In this document: one piece after another, positions 23,356 to 39,139 of the stretch
How positions within the stretch are numbered: position 1 is the first letter of the stretch
Layout of the letters: each line of letters starts with the position of its first letter
Assembly (NCBI GenBank): GCA_951406725.2
Contig: OX597834.1
Location: 6,758,001 to 6,822,000 of the forward strand
Direction of reading: 5' to 3'
From: Octopus vulgaris
Taxonomy: Eukaryota
Length of the DNA stretch: 64,000 bases
Notes under the pieces: generated by a model
Told to the model about the DNA's origin: nothing
Seen by the model: the letters and a program-made list of their open reading frames with translations, nothing else
Database searches by the model: none
Program-made: the position numbers and the translations under genes

Positions 23356-23853
23356 GTAACATCCGTTTTCCATGCTGGCATGGGTTGAATGGCTTGACCA
23401 GAGCTGGCAAACTGGAGAGCTGCCCCAGGTTCCAGTCTGATTTTGGCCTGGTTTCTATGGCTGGATGCTTTCCACACATCATCAGTACAGGTATATGATG
23501 CCAGCACAGTTGCTTTTTACATGGTACCATCATAGGGACCTTGCAGGACAATTCTCTTCAGTAGGGGGAGCGGCATTAACATTTCTGCTGTGGAGTACGA
23601 ATCTTTTTGAGTTCAGTAAGGCACCAGATATCTTGGTCCTTTGTCGTCTCCTCTGTAAGCTTCAATGTCCTGAGAATCTCCCTCAGTCCTTGGTCCCATG
23701 TCTTAATGGGTCTCCCTCTTCCATGAGCTCCAATTATTTTGAGTGATCAGCACATCTTCATGGAGCAGTCTTCATCCATCTGCATCACACAACCAAACCA
23801 GTGTAGTCTTCTCTCTTTCATTCTGCCTCTAATTCCTCTTATGCCTAACTTCT
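23324..23853 (-). mobile_element. RTE-clade LINE 3' end
   Basis: Minus strand translates EKLGIRGIRGRMKERRLHWFGCVMQMDEDC..GRGRPIKTWDQ..DQDIW, then 3' UTR and (GAT)n tail. Confidence 0.8.
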
Positions 23854-24000
23854 CAGTTTCTGTCTACCAAATCCACTGGCAAGGCATTGGTCAGTCTCAG
23901 GTTATAGTAGAAAACACTTGGCCAAGGTGCCACACAGTGGGACTGAACCTGGAACCATGTGATTGGGAAGCAAGCTTCTTACCACACAGCCATACCTGTA
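23854..24000 (-). mobile_element. SINE family A 5' half
   Basis: Head and CORE-like segment only. Confidence 0.7.
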
Positions 24001-24023
24001 CCATATAACAGTGTGTGTGTGAG

Positions 24024-24063
<40 letters not shown>

Positions 24064-24476
24064 CATATATGTATATATGCATCTGGACACAAATGATTTC
24101 CCATCCAACCTATGCTGGCATAGAAAACTGAATGCAAAGGAAATGAAAAAAAAAACACAGAGATGATGATGTTGATGATGACAATGATGACGATGATACA
24201 TGCAAACGCACACATGCACATATGCACATGCATATACTCACATATGCACATGCATGATGACGGGCATATGCGTAGATATATATACACGTGCATACACTGT
24301 TGCTGTTGACTTTGTGAGAATGTAGCCTGCAGCGGTAGCTGGTGACATGGACATTATCTGTGTACGGCAGCGGATTAGATTGCATCTAACTGAATAATAA
24401 AAGCAGATGATGTGTGAATAATTGCACTGAAATACTTCGGCTGGAGCAGGATTCAATTAACAAATACTTAATAGCC

Positions 24477-25700
<1,224 letters not shown>

Positions 25701-25811
25701 GTGGAAGCAGTGTTCTGGGATGAGGTAAAAACTAATCTTCATAGACTTTCTCATCGAATGCTAGAAACATTGACTGTGTGAGCAAACATATTGAATCTTT
25801 GGATTCCAGGT

Positions 25812-26063
25812 CACACACACACAGACACACAGACACACACATAAACACACACACACACACAGACAGACACACACAGACACACACACACACACACACATAC
25901 GATGGATTTCTTTCGGTTTCCGACTACCAAATCTACTGACAAGGCTTTGGTCAGTCCGAGGCTATAGTAGAAAACACTTGCCCAAGGTGCCACACAGTGG
26001 GATTGAACCTGGAACCCATACAGTTGGGAAGCAAGCTTCTTACCACACAACCACACCTGTGCC
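25812..26063 (-). mobile_element. SINE family A 5' half ending in (TG)n
   Basis: Similarity to family A. Confidence 0.7.
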
Positions 26064-26453
26064 ATATAGTAGTAAATAATGAGTCTCCCACAGTTTTAAT
26101 GAGTATTTTGTAATTTGATCAGCTGCACAACCTGCTCATTGAATTAGTACCTTAAGTGGCTGGGTATTCCACAGACATGTATACCCTTAATGTAATTCTC
26201 AATTGGAGTAAGAGTGATAGAGAGGGAGAGACAAGGGTGGATATTTAAGCTGCTGGTACGATCCATCTGTGGAGCTTCCGCATAGTTTCTGTCTGCCTGA
26301 TTTCATTTCTAAAGTCTGGATCAGCCTGAGGGGATCAGGGAAGAAGGTATGCAAAATACCAGGTAATGGGATTGAACCCAGGACTTTGAAACTACAAAGC
26401 GAACTTCTTGGCCATTCAGCCATGTTGCCTTGTAAATGGTAATGCTCCTGATA

Positions 26454-26820
26454 AGGAAGAGGAGGAAAAGAAGGATGAAGAAGAGGTGGAAGAGGAGACA
26501 CAGGAGGAGGCAGAAGAGGAGGATGAAGAAGAAGAGAAAGAAGAGGGTGAAGAAGAAGAAGTGGAGGAGGAGGCTGAGGAAGAAGGAGAGATGGGGGCAG
26601 AGAGAGAGGAGGAAGAGAAGAAGATGAAGAGGAGAAAGAAGAGGGTGAAGAAGAAGAGGTGGAGGAGGAGGCAGAGGAAGAGGCAGAAGAAGAGGCAGGG
26701 GTGGAGGAAGAAGACGAAGAGGAGGCAGAGGAAGAGGCAGAGGAGGAGAAAGAGGGGGAGGAAGAGGGGGAGGTAGAGGGGAGGCAGAGGTGGAAACAGA
26801 GGAGGAGGTGGCACAAGAGG
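26454..26820. repeat. Purine-rich (GAG/GAA) low-complexity tract
   Basis: Direct reading. Confidence 0.85.
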
Positions 26821-28659
26821 ATATAAGTGTGAAGGGTTAATTTCTTGGCTGGCAATACCATTTATCATAAATCTATTCATATATTGCAGAAATGTATGAC
26901 AATCTTCTTTCCGTTTCCAATAACCAGACCCACCTGGAGCAATAGCAGATGACAGATGTCGAAGGTACAATGCAGTAAGATTGAACTTGAAATGAAGAAA
27001 TTTGGAAGCAATCTTCTCAACAGAGAGCCATGTCTCTGAATGCATATACACACCAATATATTTATTCAGTGAACAAAATTTGAACAAAATTTAGTGTGTA
27101 AAATATACATATATATAAATAAATATATATATATATATATATAGATATAGATACATATATATATACATATATACATATATATATATAAAACCATATATAA
27201 ATATATATGATATGTATAGATATTTATAATATCATGCCTAAATATAATAAATATATTGTATACGTATACATAAATATCATATGTAAATATATATAACATG
27301 TATAATATCATATATATAAATATATGCAATATAATTTTATATAAAATTATGCCATTTTTTTTAAATGTTCAAATATGTGTTAATAGGAACAGTATTGTCC
27401 ATAAATATTTTAACAGGTTCTCACAAGTAGGATGGAGATAATTAGATGCAAATTGTGGACTTGAGAGTTTTTCGACTTGCTTTTTTATTAGGAGAGAAAA
27501 TATGTGCACTTAAGGAAAAAAATATATATATATAAAATTTCTGTCTTTGGTTCTGTTGTCGAGATTGTGAAACACAATGGAGCAGAAGAATGATATGTTG
27601 AGATAATGGTAGGAAAGGAACTGTTATAGAAAGGAGACACATCTGTAAGGTGTTAGTAATATTACAGTGTAGAGATGAGTTTGTGTTGCAGTAAATTCAT
27701 GGAGCATTGTCTTCGTTATGGTTTGTATATCAAACACTAATTTGTGTTATATGTGACCTAGAATGTATATTATAGCACGGAAGTCATGACTTATTATCTT
27801 TATAAGAATGAAAAAATATTTTTTTTTTTTTTCATTTTTCACCATTTGCTACCATTCTGCAAATATTCAATATCAATTAAATTCATTTAAGTTTCGTAAT
27901 GATATGGGGGTTACTAACAATAGCCCGCTTATGTACTATGTACTTAGCTTTTATACTTTTAAAAGTATTTTTGAAATAATCGATAATATGTTCAATATTA
28001 TAGAATTTTCAAAATATCCAGATAATCAAATATGCAGCCCAAATTCTGATATACAAGAGCAGCAACATTTGTTTCCAGATGTATAAGCGGTATGCACTTG
28101 TAAGGCATAATTGTACTTTAAAATCAATTATAAGGTATGTTATTTGGCCATAAGCAAAATAAATATCTAATTTATTTTAGATACCATTTTCATTTTAGCT
28201 TTTATTATGTTGGCACTTATTGATATAGATCAGCAACAATAACCTTGAATTCCAGTAATTATATATAATTATGCATTGCAATGTGTTAGCAGCTGAGCAA
28301 GACTAAAATATTTTAGAGCTGTGGTAAAGGAACTAAGACTTTGTGATGCCATCGTTGCTCTGTAGAATATAAGCGAACCAAATTAGATAATTTTTATCAA
28401 ACAATAAATCAAGCAATCAGACCATCCACTGCTTTCAAGCAATCAGATCCTCCACAGACCTTCCCTCTTTATCATCATTTCTATCAGTTTTGGATTTCTA
28501 ATCTCAAATTTCTTTTTTACATTTATCCAGTCCATCTTGTTTGTTGCTGTTTTCTCTTTCTTAGTGGTTTCTGAGAATTTGGTCTGTTTTATCATTTTCC
28601 AGTCGTCATTTTATTCTCTGGCTGGGTTCATATTGTTTATGATCCCTAATAACTTTCCT

Positions 28660-29011
28660 TTACTCTTTAATTCTTTTATTTGTTTCAGTCATTTGACTGT
28701 GGCCATGCTGGAGCACTGCCTTTAGTCGAGCAAATCAACCCCAGGACTTATTCTTTGTAAGCCTAGTACTTATTCTATCGGTCTCTCTTGCCGAACCACT
28801 AAGTGATGGGGACGTAAACATAGCAGCATCGGTTATCAAGCGATGTTGGGGGGACAAACACAGATGCACAAACATATAAATACATACATACATACATACA
28901 TACATACTTATATATATATATATATATAACGGCGGTGCATCAGCATGGCCGCAGCTCGGAGCTGAATCAAGAAAAATATATATATATATATATACATACA
29001 TAGATACATGT

Positions 29012-29043
<32 letters not shown>

Positions 29044-29229
29044 CATCATTATCATCGTTTAACGTCATATATATATAATACACAAAAGGATTCTTTTAGT
29101 TTCCATCTCACTCACAAGGCTTTGATTGGCCCGAGGCTATATTAGAAGAGACTTGCCCAAGGTGCCATGCAGTGGGACTGAACCCAGAACCATGTGGTTG
29201 GTAAGCAAGCTACTTACCACACAGCCACC
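28660..29229 (-). mobile_element. SINE family A with expanded internal microsatellite
   Basis: 3' half 28660-28875, 5' half 29080-29229; small retroposon tails lie within the TA tract. Confidence 0.8.
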
Positions 29230-29335
29230 TGTTCACAGCTCTTACTGATCATTCTCTCCCTCTCTTCCAAATGGGAGTAGCCATATAACTCCTCCAGGAG
29301 AATCTGCTCTGCACACCACTTCTCTAACACTTTAA

Positions 29336-29558
29336 CCCTTTTGCATTCAGATCACTCTGCTTAAATGCAACACTCATTGACACGCATTGTTTTGAATTCA
29401 ACATGTGTGTTCTCCGAGCTTTGAGGTTTTGCTGATGTGATTGTTTATTTGCAGAATAACATTGTAGAGTAGGTGTGAGAGTCTGGCTCTGACCAGTTTG
29501 AACATAAAACACAGTAGAATATTTGGGGCCTGATATGGTCGGTTTAAATGTCAACGAG
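29336..29558. mobile_element. piggyBac-like MITE family 2
   Basis: TTAA at 29332-35 and 29559-62; colinear with 22451-22670. Confidence 0.7.
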
Positions 29559-30061
29559 TTAAACCTTCATCTCCTAGCATTATGCTGACCCCTTCAGTAC
29601 CACATCTCCACTCAGTCAAAAGTTTATATTCTTGTGAGCTGCATGTTGACCTCAGTAGTGTCAGTGGCATAAAAATGGCATGCAGGACACTTTATAAAGG
29701 GGTTGGCATTAGGAACGGCATCCAACCGTTGAAACCATGCCAAAGCAGACACTGCAGCATAATGCAGTTCTGAGACCCAAACCAGCCGACACATGGCAGC
29801 ATAGAACATGGACATTAAACATTGATGGTCATAAAATACCAGAAAGAGACAAAATAAATAATAATCTTTTAGTAGAGAAATCAATACATTGTGGGTTATA
29901 AAAAACGTCAGGTGTGGCCGTGTGGGACCATATGGTACTAGGTTCAATCCTACTGTGTGGCACCTTTGGGAAAGTGTCTTCTACTGTAGCCTTCGTTCAA
30001 GCAAAGCCTTGTGAGTGTATTTGATTGACAGAAACTGGAAGAAGCCTGTCATATACATACA

Positions 30062-30114
<53 letters not shown>

Positions 30115-30154
30115 ACACACACACACAAATAGATATATGTATATGTATATATAT

Positions 30155-30561
30155 CTCTTTTACTCTTTTACTTGTTTCAGTCATTTGACTGCGGCCATGC
30201 TGGAGCACCGACTTTAATCGAGCAACTCGACCCTGGGACTTATTCTTTGTAAGCCCAGTACTTATTCTATCGGTCTCTTTTTGCTGAACTGCTAAGTGAT
30301 GGGGACATAAACACACCAGCATCGGTTGTCAAGCAATGCTAGGGGGACAAATACAGACACACAAACACACACACAAACATATATATATACATATATACGA
30401 CGGGCTTCTTTCAGTTTCCCTCTACCAAATCCACTCACAAGGCTTTGGTCGGCCCGAGGCTATAGTAGAAGACACTTGCCCAAGGTGCCATGCAGTGGGA
30501 CTGAACCCAGAACCATGTGGCTGGTAAACAAGCTACTTACCACACGGCCACTCCTGCGCCT
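30155..30561 (-). mobile_element. SINE family A, full length
   Basis: Complete head to (GTAAAAGA)n tail, flanked by (TA)n. Confidence 0.88.
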
Positions 30562-31179
30562 ATATATATATAAATTAGATTTGAGATAAAACCACTATTA
30601 GGCAAATCAAACAGTGAAAAACATAAACCAAAACATAGAAATAAAAATAATTAATATAATATGCAAAATATATAAAATATAAAATTTAAAATTTAAATTA
30701 TTTAAATTTAAAGTTAAAAATTTAAATTTAAAGTTAAAAATTTAAATTTTAAGTTAAAAATTTAAAATTATTAATTTATTTTAATATATTTTTATAAATT
30801 TATATATATATATATATATTTTATTTGTATTTTTATTTTTATTTTTATTTATTTATTTATTTATTTAATAATAAAAAAAAATATATATAACTATCAAAAA
30901 GTATTAAAACTTTAATATAAGATAAAGAGTATATATATATATACATACATACATATATCCATCCATCCATACATACATACATGCATACATATATATATAT
31001 ACACATACATTTCATGAATTTATCCCCTTTCTGTGTATCTAGCAATCGCTTCTTTATTTGGAAGCCTTTTAATGTATTTATATATGAATAACCTATAGTC
31101 TAATGACTAATTCGTCTTTTGTGCTAGGTCACTGGTAATAATAATAATTTATTTTTATTACCCTATTTACTATGTTTTA

Positions 31180-31253
<74 letters not shown>

Positions 31254-31298
31254 CATCTATCCATCCATCCATACATATATATATATATATATACATAC

Positions 31299-31349
<51 letters not shown>

Positions 31350-32307
31350 TGTGTGTGTGTGTATATGTATATATAATATTATGAAGTTTAACTCCAAACT
31401 TACAGGGAAAAATTCAATTTAGTGTTAAATCAAATTTCACAATATATATATATATATATATATAAACAAAGTCAAATGCGATACGATAAAATTAATTATT
31501 ATCGCTGGTGTTCTGGGACATATATATATATGTATATATATTAGAGAAAAACCACTATTATGTAATTCAAACAATGATAGACGTAAATCATACCATATAG
31601 AAAAAATAAAATATATGACAAAACATTTATGTAGTTCACAATAAAGTAAATAATAATAAATAAACAATAAATAATTAGTAAAACCTTTAAGTAAATAATT
31701 AGTAAATTAGTAAATAGACTACGATGGCTTTAGAAGACAATAAGTCCTGGGTGGGGAGCGGGGTTGACTCATTCGGCTAAAACTTCTTCAGGCACAGTAT
31801 AGTTGCAGTCTAATGATTGAAACGAGTAAAAGATTTTTAGATTTGCTCTGAAATTAGGCAGCCTGATTATAATTTGGCAGCTAGGGTTAAGGAACAATTT
31901 GTATGGCTATGTCATTATTTAGCAACTGATTCCACTCTGCTCGCTTCTCCAGTATCCAAATGGACGATGACAACAGCTGAAACGAACTTGTCAAATATAA
32001 AGAAAACTTGTCTCTGATGCATCTCGTGAACTTGATGCAACTAGGATGACACCCTGACAATAATTGCTTATATAAACTAAATGACATGGCTTATCATTAA
32101 ATAAATATATGGAGTGACATTGATATGTTTTACTTTCAGTTGGGATTAATTTGGTTTCCTTCTAATTTAAAGCTTCGTCAGGATTTATTCCTTTGTCATT
32201 TGGAAAATGATGCTGACGGTAGCTAGTGGCTGTTTATTATATAAACACTTAATTTTACAGTAAGACGAAATGTGGTTATGACATCCCCTATTTCTTTGCT
32301 CCTTATA

Positions 32308-32745
32308 GGTGCAGGCATTGCTGAGTGGTAAGAAGCTTGCTTCCCAACCACATGGTTCCGGGTTCAGTCATACTGTGTGGCACCTCAGGCAAAAGTCTGC
32401 TACTATAGCCTCAGACTGACCAAAGCCTTGTGAATGGATTTGGTAGATGGAGACTGAAAGAAGCCCATTATATGTGTGTGTGTGTGTGTGCATGTGTGTG
32501 TGTGTGTGCATTTGCACTTGCACATGCATGCATGTGTGTCTGTTTGTTTGTCCCCTACCACTGCTTGACAACTGGTTTTGGTGTGTTTATGTCCTTGTAA
32601 CTTAGCAGTTCAGCAAAAGAGAAGAATAGAATAAGTGCCAGGCTTTAAAAAGTATTGGAGTCAATTTATTTAACTAAAAATTTTTCAAGGTGGTGCACCA
32701 GCATGGCCACAGTCTAATAACTGAAACAAATAAAAGACAGAAAAT
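32308..32745 (+). mobile_element. SINE family A, diverged
   Basis: Head, internal (TG)n, tail. Confidence 0.75.
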
Positions 32746-33374
32746 ACAAGAAAAATCACATCATATTAGGATGCATCTTCTCTCGTTCTCTCTCTCTCCT
32801 TTTCTCTCTCTCTCCTTTTTTTTCTCTCTCTCTCTCTCTTTCTCCTTTATTTTCTCTCTCTCTCTTTCTCTCTCTCTCTCTCCCCAATAGCCATGAATCC
32901 CCTCTCCTGCAAGGCTTCTATTTCTGTCCCTCTCTTCATAATCTAACCTCTCATCACTTGGTACAAGACCCCTCCCTTCCTAAGCACTACCCCCTTCTCA
33001 GTTGAGGGGTCGTGTCTTGCAATTTACTGGGTGACCTCACAACAGTTGGTGCCATGTAAAAAGCTCTCAGTACACTCCGTAAAGGGATTGGCATCAGGAA
33101 AGGTATCCAGCCATAGGGACCATGCCGAAATAGATAATGGAGCTTGGTGAAGTCTTCTGAGTTGCCAACTCCTGTTAAAACTATCCAACCCATGCCTGCA
33201 TGGAAGGAGGACATTGAATTACAATGATGATGATAATGATGATGATGATGATGATGTGCTTTTGGTACCATTATGTAAATGAGCCACGTCGGTCAAAACT
33301 TCAACAGACAAAGGCATTCTTGCCATGACCATCTTATGTGATATATGGGTATCCTCTTCCACCTTCCCATCCTC

Positions 33375-33795
33375 ATCATCATGACCTCCACCACCACCAC
33401 CACCACAACCACCACCAATACCACCATCACCACCACCACCAGCACCACCACCAGCAGCAGCACCACCACCAGCAGCAGCACCACCACCACCACCACAACC
33501 ACCATTACCACCACCAGCACCAGCACTACCACCAGCACCACCACCACCACCAGCACCACCACCACCACTCACCACCACCACCACCACACCACCACCACCA
33601 CCACAACCATCAGCACTACCACCACCACCATAACCACCCACCACCACCACTCACCACCAGCACCACCAGCACCACCAGCACCAGCACCAGCACCACCACC
33701 ACCACGACCACCACGACCACCACCACTACCACCAGCACAACCACCACCACCACCACCACCACCACCACCACCAGCAACAACAATAACAACACTAC
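33375..33795. repeat. (CAC)n/(CAG)n microsatellite
   Basis: Direct reading. Confidence 0.9.
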
Positions 33796-34650
33796 CTCAT
33801 GATCGTTAGCCTGACACTCTAACCACTGAGCCGTGTTCCTTCATTATCCTTCCCGTTGCTATGTCACTTTGTTTTCAGTTAAAACACTTCAGTGTAATTA
33901 AATGAAACACTTATACGTTAACCCATTCCATAGCAACTCCTCAGAAACTACCCCAGGTTATATAAAACACGCTGCTTCTTTTTTAAGTGATCTAAATGGA
34001 AAGCCATCATCAAAATTTTATGGACTTTACAATCCAGATATCAAGTTGATAATGACAAACCCATTTTAACTAAATTCTTCATTATTTTGAAAATTAATTG
34101 AAAAAAGAGAAGTGTGTGTTTCAACATGAACAAATTGCTCATTTACTATGAGGCAAAAATACAAACTGATTAATTACCATCATAATTACATAGCAAGGTT
34201 GTTAACTTAGTATTAACATATTTAATGAAGCAGTAATTGGAATGCTAATTAGAAACAAACTTGTGATGAAGGAAGTCCATGATATTTAATATTAATTTTA
34301 ATCTTTATTGCAAGTATGTGGTACAACTCCAGGCATATTTCAGTCATATTACACTTCATCAGGAAAGAATTAACTTCACTGTTCTTGTGGAAATAATGAT
34401 GAGAGACTCCCTCGTTGAGAAGATACGGAATCCTGCTCATAAGTAGATGTGGAAGTAAACATATTTTAGAAAAAAATTACTTAGGAGAATTGAAAATGAA
34501 GAAGAGACAGGAACTTCATCAGTTATGATGATATGGGTTTCAGGTGATCTGATCATCAGAGCAGACTGCTTATGAAATTAATATGCAAGTAGTGCATGTG
34601 TGATTGCTAAGAAGCTTGCTGGTTTCTTACTGCATGGTTCTGAGTTCAGT

Positions 34651-35040
34651 TTTTGGAAGCACTCCGTCGGTTACGACGATGAGGGTTCCGGTTGATCCGA
34701 ATCAACGGAACAGCCTGCTCGTGAAATTAATGTGTAAGTGGCTGAGCACTCCACAGACACGTGCACCCTTAACGTAGTTCTCGGGGATATTCAGCGTGAC
34801 ACAGAGAGTGACAAGGCCGGCCCTTTGAAATACAGGTACAACAGAAACAGGAAGTAAGAGTGAGAGAAAGTTGTGGTGAAAGAGTACAGCAGGGATCACC
34901 ATCATCCCCTGCCGGAGCCTCGTGGAGCTTTAAGGTGTTTTCGCTCAATAAACACTCACAACGCCCGGTCTGGGAATCGAAACAGCGATACTATGACCGC
35001 GAGTCCACTGCCCTAACCACTGGGCCATTGCGCCTCCACA
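34651..35040 (-). mobile_element. tRNA(Arg)-like SINE family E, tail type 2
   Basis: Head GGAGGCGCAATGGCCCAGTGGTTAGGGCA..GTTTCGATTCCC; TSD TCTGAGTTCAGT at 34639-50 and 35041-52. Confidence 0.85.
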
Positions 35041-35100
35041 TCTGAGTTCAGTACCACTGCGTGACACCTTGGGCAAGCGTCATTTACTATAGCCTCAAAC

Positions 35101-35378
35101 TGTGGTGTATGCAAGAGATTCGAAATAAAGGCACCTACCTTCTCTTCGTTCAGATGGAGACCCTTCAGCGGTAATGGATCCTTCAACACAGCCCGACCCA
35201 AACGCTAGAAATAGCAGCTGCTTCTCCCAACCTTAACAACATGCTGATGCCGTCTTACCCGCTCGGCGACCTGCCTCAAAAAGGCAGAATCCTGTCCTCG
35301 CTGTGCGTGCGTCACTGCTGCCCCTTCCAGTCAGCACCAAGTTCCAGTCAGCTCCCCAGCTGCTGACGTCATCCCACA
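35101..35378. mobile_element. Solo LTR of an LTR retrotransposon
   Basis: TGTGG...CCACA termini, 5-bp TSD CAAAC at 35096-35100 and 35379-35383, 278 bp, interrupts a SINE A copy. Confidence 0.8.
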
Positions 35379-36821
35379 CAAACTAACCAAAGCCTTGTGA
35401 TTGGATGTTGTATTTAGAAACTGAAAGAAGCCCATTGTATATATATGTGTGAGTGTATGTCTTTGGAGCTGTGTTTTACCCCCACCACTTAACCACTAGT
35501 TGACAATCTGTGTTTGGGGTATTTACATCCCTGTAACTTAGCAGTTCAGCTAAAGAGACCAATAGAATAAGTACTAAGCTTAAAAACGAAATAAGTCCTG
35601 GGGTCGATGCATTCGACTAAAATTCTTCAAGGTGGTGCCCCAGCATGGCCATGGATTAATGACTGAAACAAGCAAAAGGTACACAAAAACAAGTGGTTGA
35701 GTACTCCACAGACACACATACGCTTAACATAGTTCTCAGGAAAATTCAGTGTGGAATAGACTGTGAAAGGTACCACACATTTTTTCCTACCTGAAGTGGA
35801 CTGGAGCAATGGGAAGTAAAGTATCTTGCTCAAGGACACATTGTGCCACCAGGAATTGAACTCACGACCATATGATTATGAGTCAAATACCCTATAAAAA
35901 TGATAAGTACTGCCACTGATTCAATTGATTACAAATTCTTCAAGGCAGTGCTCCAGCACGGCCACAGTCTACTGACCGAAGCAAGTAAAGTTTAAAATAC
36001 CAATGACCTATATTCTATAAATCACCCTCATTCTTTAACTTCAAGTCCAAGTTACTAATCTTACCAGATATTATATAGGAATGACCGTCTCCTTAACACT
36101 AACTAGCCACATGGTGACTCAAAGAATATAATAAGAAAGTTAACCTTAGTTTAGACTTTGAATCTAGCAGACAATAGAGTCTCAGAAAATTAGTGATTGT
36201 CTGCAACGACAATTAGTATAAACAATATGAAAGTGGAATTAATTGTTTTGCCAGGAGAGAGAAGAGAAATCTACTGAATGTCTCATTCGTGGTAGAATGT
36301 TGCTTTCCGATTCTGTTTGTAAGCATCAATCTCTGATAAATCGATAACCGAATTGTAAGAGCTTTCTTCCTCATGGCAAACCAATTTATTTCACTTTTGG
36401 ACTATTTTGTATCAATTCCTTCCAGAATTTTGTTGTCCATGTATGTATGTATGTATGTATGTATGTATGTATGTGTGTATGTGTGTATGTATGTATGTAT
36501 GTGTGTATGTATGCATGTATGTATGTATGTATGTATGTATGTATGTGTGTATGTATGAATATATGTATGTATGTATGCATGCATGCCTATATGTATGTAT
36601 GTGTGCATGCATGTATATATGCATGTATGCATGTATATATGTATGCATGCATTTATGTATGTGTGTGTGCATGCATGTATATATGCATGTATGCATGTAT
36701 AAATGTATGCATCGGTTGTCAAGCATGTATGTATGTGTGTGTGTGCGTGTATGTATGTATGCATGTATGTATGTATGCATGTATGTATGTATGTATGTAT
36801 GTATGTATGCATGTATGTGTG

Positions 36822-37045
36822 TACTCTTTACTCTTTTACTTGTTTCAGTCATTTGACTGTGGCCATGCTGGAGCACCACCTTTAGTCGAGCAAATCGACC
36901 CCAGGACTTATTCTTTGTAAGCCTAGTACTTATTCTATCGGTCTCTTTTGCTGAACCGCTAAGTTACGGGGATGCAAACACACCAGCATCGGTTGTCAAG
37001 CGATGTTGGGGGGACAAACACAGACATACAAACACATACACGCAC

Positions 37046-37094
<49 letters not shown>

Positions 37095-37256
37095 ACTGGC
37101 TTCTTTCAGTTTCCGTCTACCAAATCCACTCACAAGGCTTTGGTTGGTCCGAGGCTATAGGAGAAGACACTTGCCCAAGGTGCAATGCTGTGGGACAGAA
37201 TCCGGAACCATGTGGTTCATAAGGAACCTACTTACCACATAGTCACACCTACGCCT
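36822..37256 (-). mobile_element. SINE family A, full length
   Basis: Complete; abuts a (ATGT)n tract at 36438-36821. Confidence 0.85.
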
Positions 37257-37819
37257 ATGTTGTTAGCAAAATTTTTAATTGATTGATTAAAAAATTCTGC
37301 AGCAAGAGTCAGTTGTGGAATCTCTAAATATGTATGTGCTGCAGGTTTAGAATTATTCTAAATGTCCTTAATTGCAAATTTCGTGTATTCGTCTGAAGAA
37401 AGTTTTTTTTTTTTAATAATAATAGAATGTACTCATTGATCAATTAAAAAATTCATTAGAAACAGCTATAATGAATTGACACCTGTCCATCAATTGTTAC
37501 TTACACACACACAAATACACACACCTAGATATACACATACGTTGTGTGTGTGTGTGTGTGTGTGTGTACATGTATAGATTGATATGCTGGCCTGCTTCCC
37601 TAGCTAGCAGAGTGGCACCATTTGAAGGCTAAAACAATGTGAAAGTACACTGTGACTAGCGTTGTGTAACAACACCTGAGAGCCAAGTTGCTCATTTCAT
37701 CATGTCGTATGTAGATAGATAGAGTGGTAGACAGATAGATAGATAGATACATATATACATACATACATACACACATATATACATAAGAGATGTTGAATCC
37801 TTACATTATAATCAAATAT

Positions 37820-38036
37820 TTTTTTCTACTCTAGGCACAAAGCTGAAATGTTTTCGGGTAGGGGGATGCAGTTGATTAGATCGACCCCAGTATGCAACTG
37901 GTACTTAATTTATCGATGCTGAAAGGATGAAAGGCAAAGTCGACCTCGGCAGAATTTGAACTCAGAATGTAAAAGCAGAAGAAATACTGCTAAATATTTC
38001 GCCCGGAATGCTAACGTTTCCGCCAGCTCGCCGCCT
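37820..38036 (-). mobile_element. SINE family B, alternative-tail subtype
   Basis: Head GGCGGCGAGCTGGCGGAAACG, core, tail GCTTTGTGCCTAGAGTAGAAAA. Confidence 0.75.
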
Positions 38037-38489
38037 TTAACCAAATATTCACCAAAGCAACACACTAACCACATGTACAACATGTGGCATAATCCTTAAA
38101 TAAATTCCCAGAAAATTGAAGCTAACGAAAAAAAAAAAAAAGAGTCTAAATTTATGGATATTGACCGTTCGGAGATATTTCTCATCAAATCTCCAAAATG
38201 CAATGCGTTTCCACGAATGTACTAAAATCCTCTATTAGAAAGAATTATTGATTCTTCTATTTAGTTCTGATCTTTATCTATAATGTTACATTTAGAAATG
38301 TACAATGTTTAGCCATCTAACGCAAGAAATATTGTCTTTTGTTACTGAGATTATTTTTTTGTTTTTAAATATCTTTCAACTTTTGCGTTTTTTCGCTTTC
38401 AGTTTATGTTTTTTGCAAAAATATGTATTATTGTCTCGTATCAATAGCAGAAATGGCTTAAACAGATTGCATTTCATTTCAATAATTTC

Positions 38490-38900
<411 letters not shown>

Positions 38901-39083
38901 GTTGCGCAAACATGAATGTTTGTGTTTGAGTGTATATGTATTAGGTTATATGTGTGTGCATGTGTATGTTTTTTTTTTGTGAGTGTAATGCAGTTTTATG
39001 TATTATTTTTATCAAATGTAGAAATCAGAAAGTTTTTAACGATATCATTTTATCTATTAAATTTATGAAAATGCAAAATTTGT

Positions 39084-39139
<56 letters not shown>

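Larger units (their letters stand above)
34592..35680 (+). mobile_element. SINE family A host split by two nested insertions
   Basis: Segments 34592-34650, 35053-35100 and 35384-35680 rejoin into one family A copy. Confidence 0.75.

Noticed and set aside
34325-34365. Minus-strand CTGATGA-AGT..ACT-GAAA hammerhead-like string
   Set aside because: G at position 17 and no stem I; likely chance.
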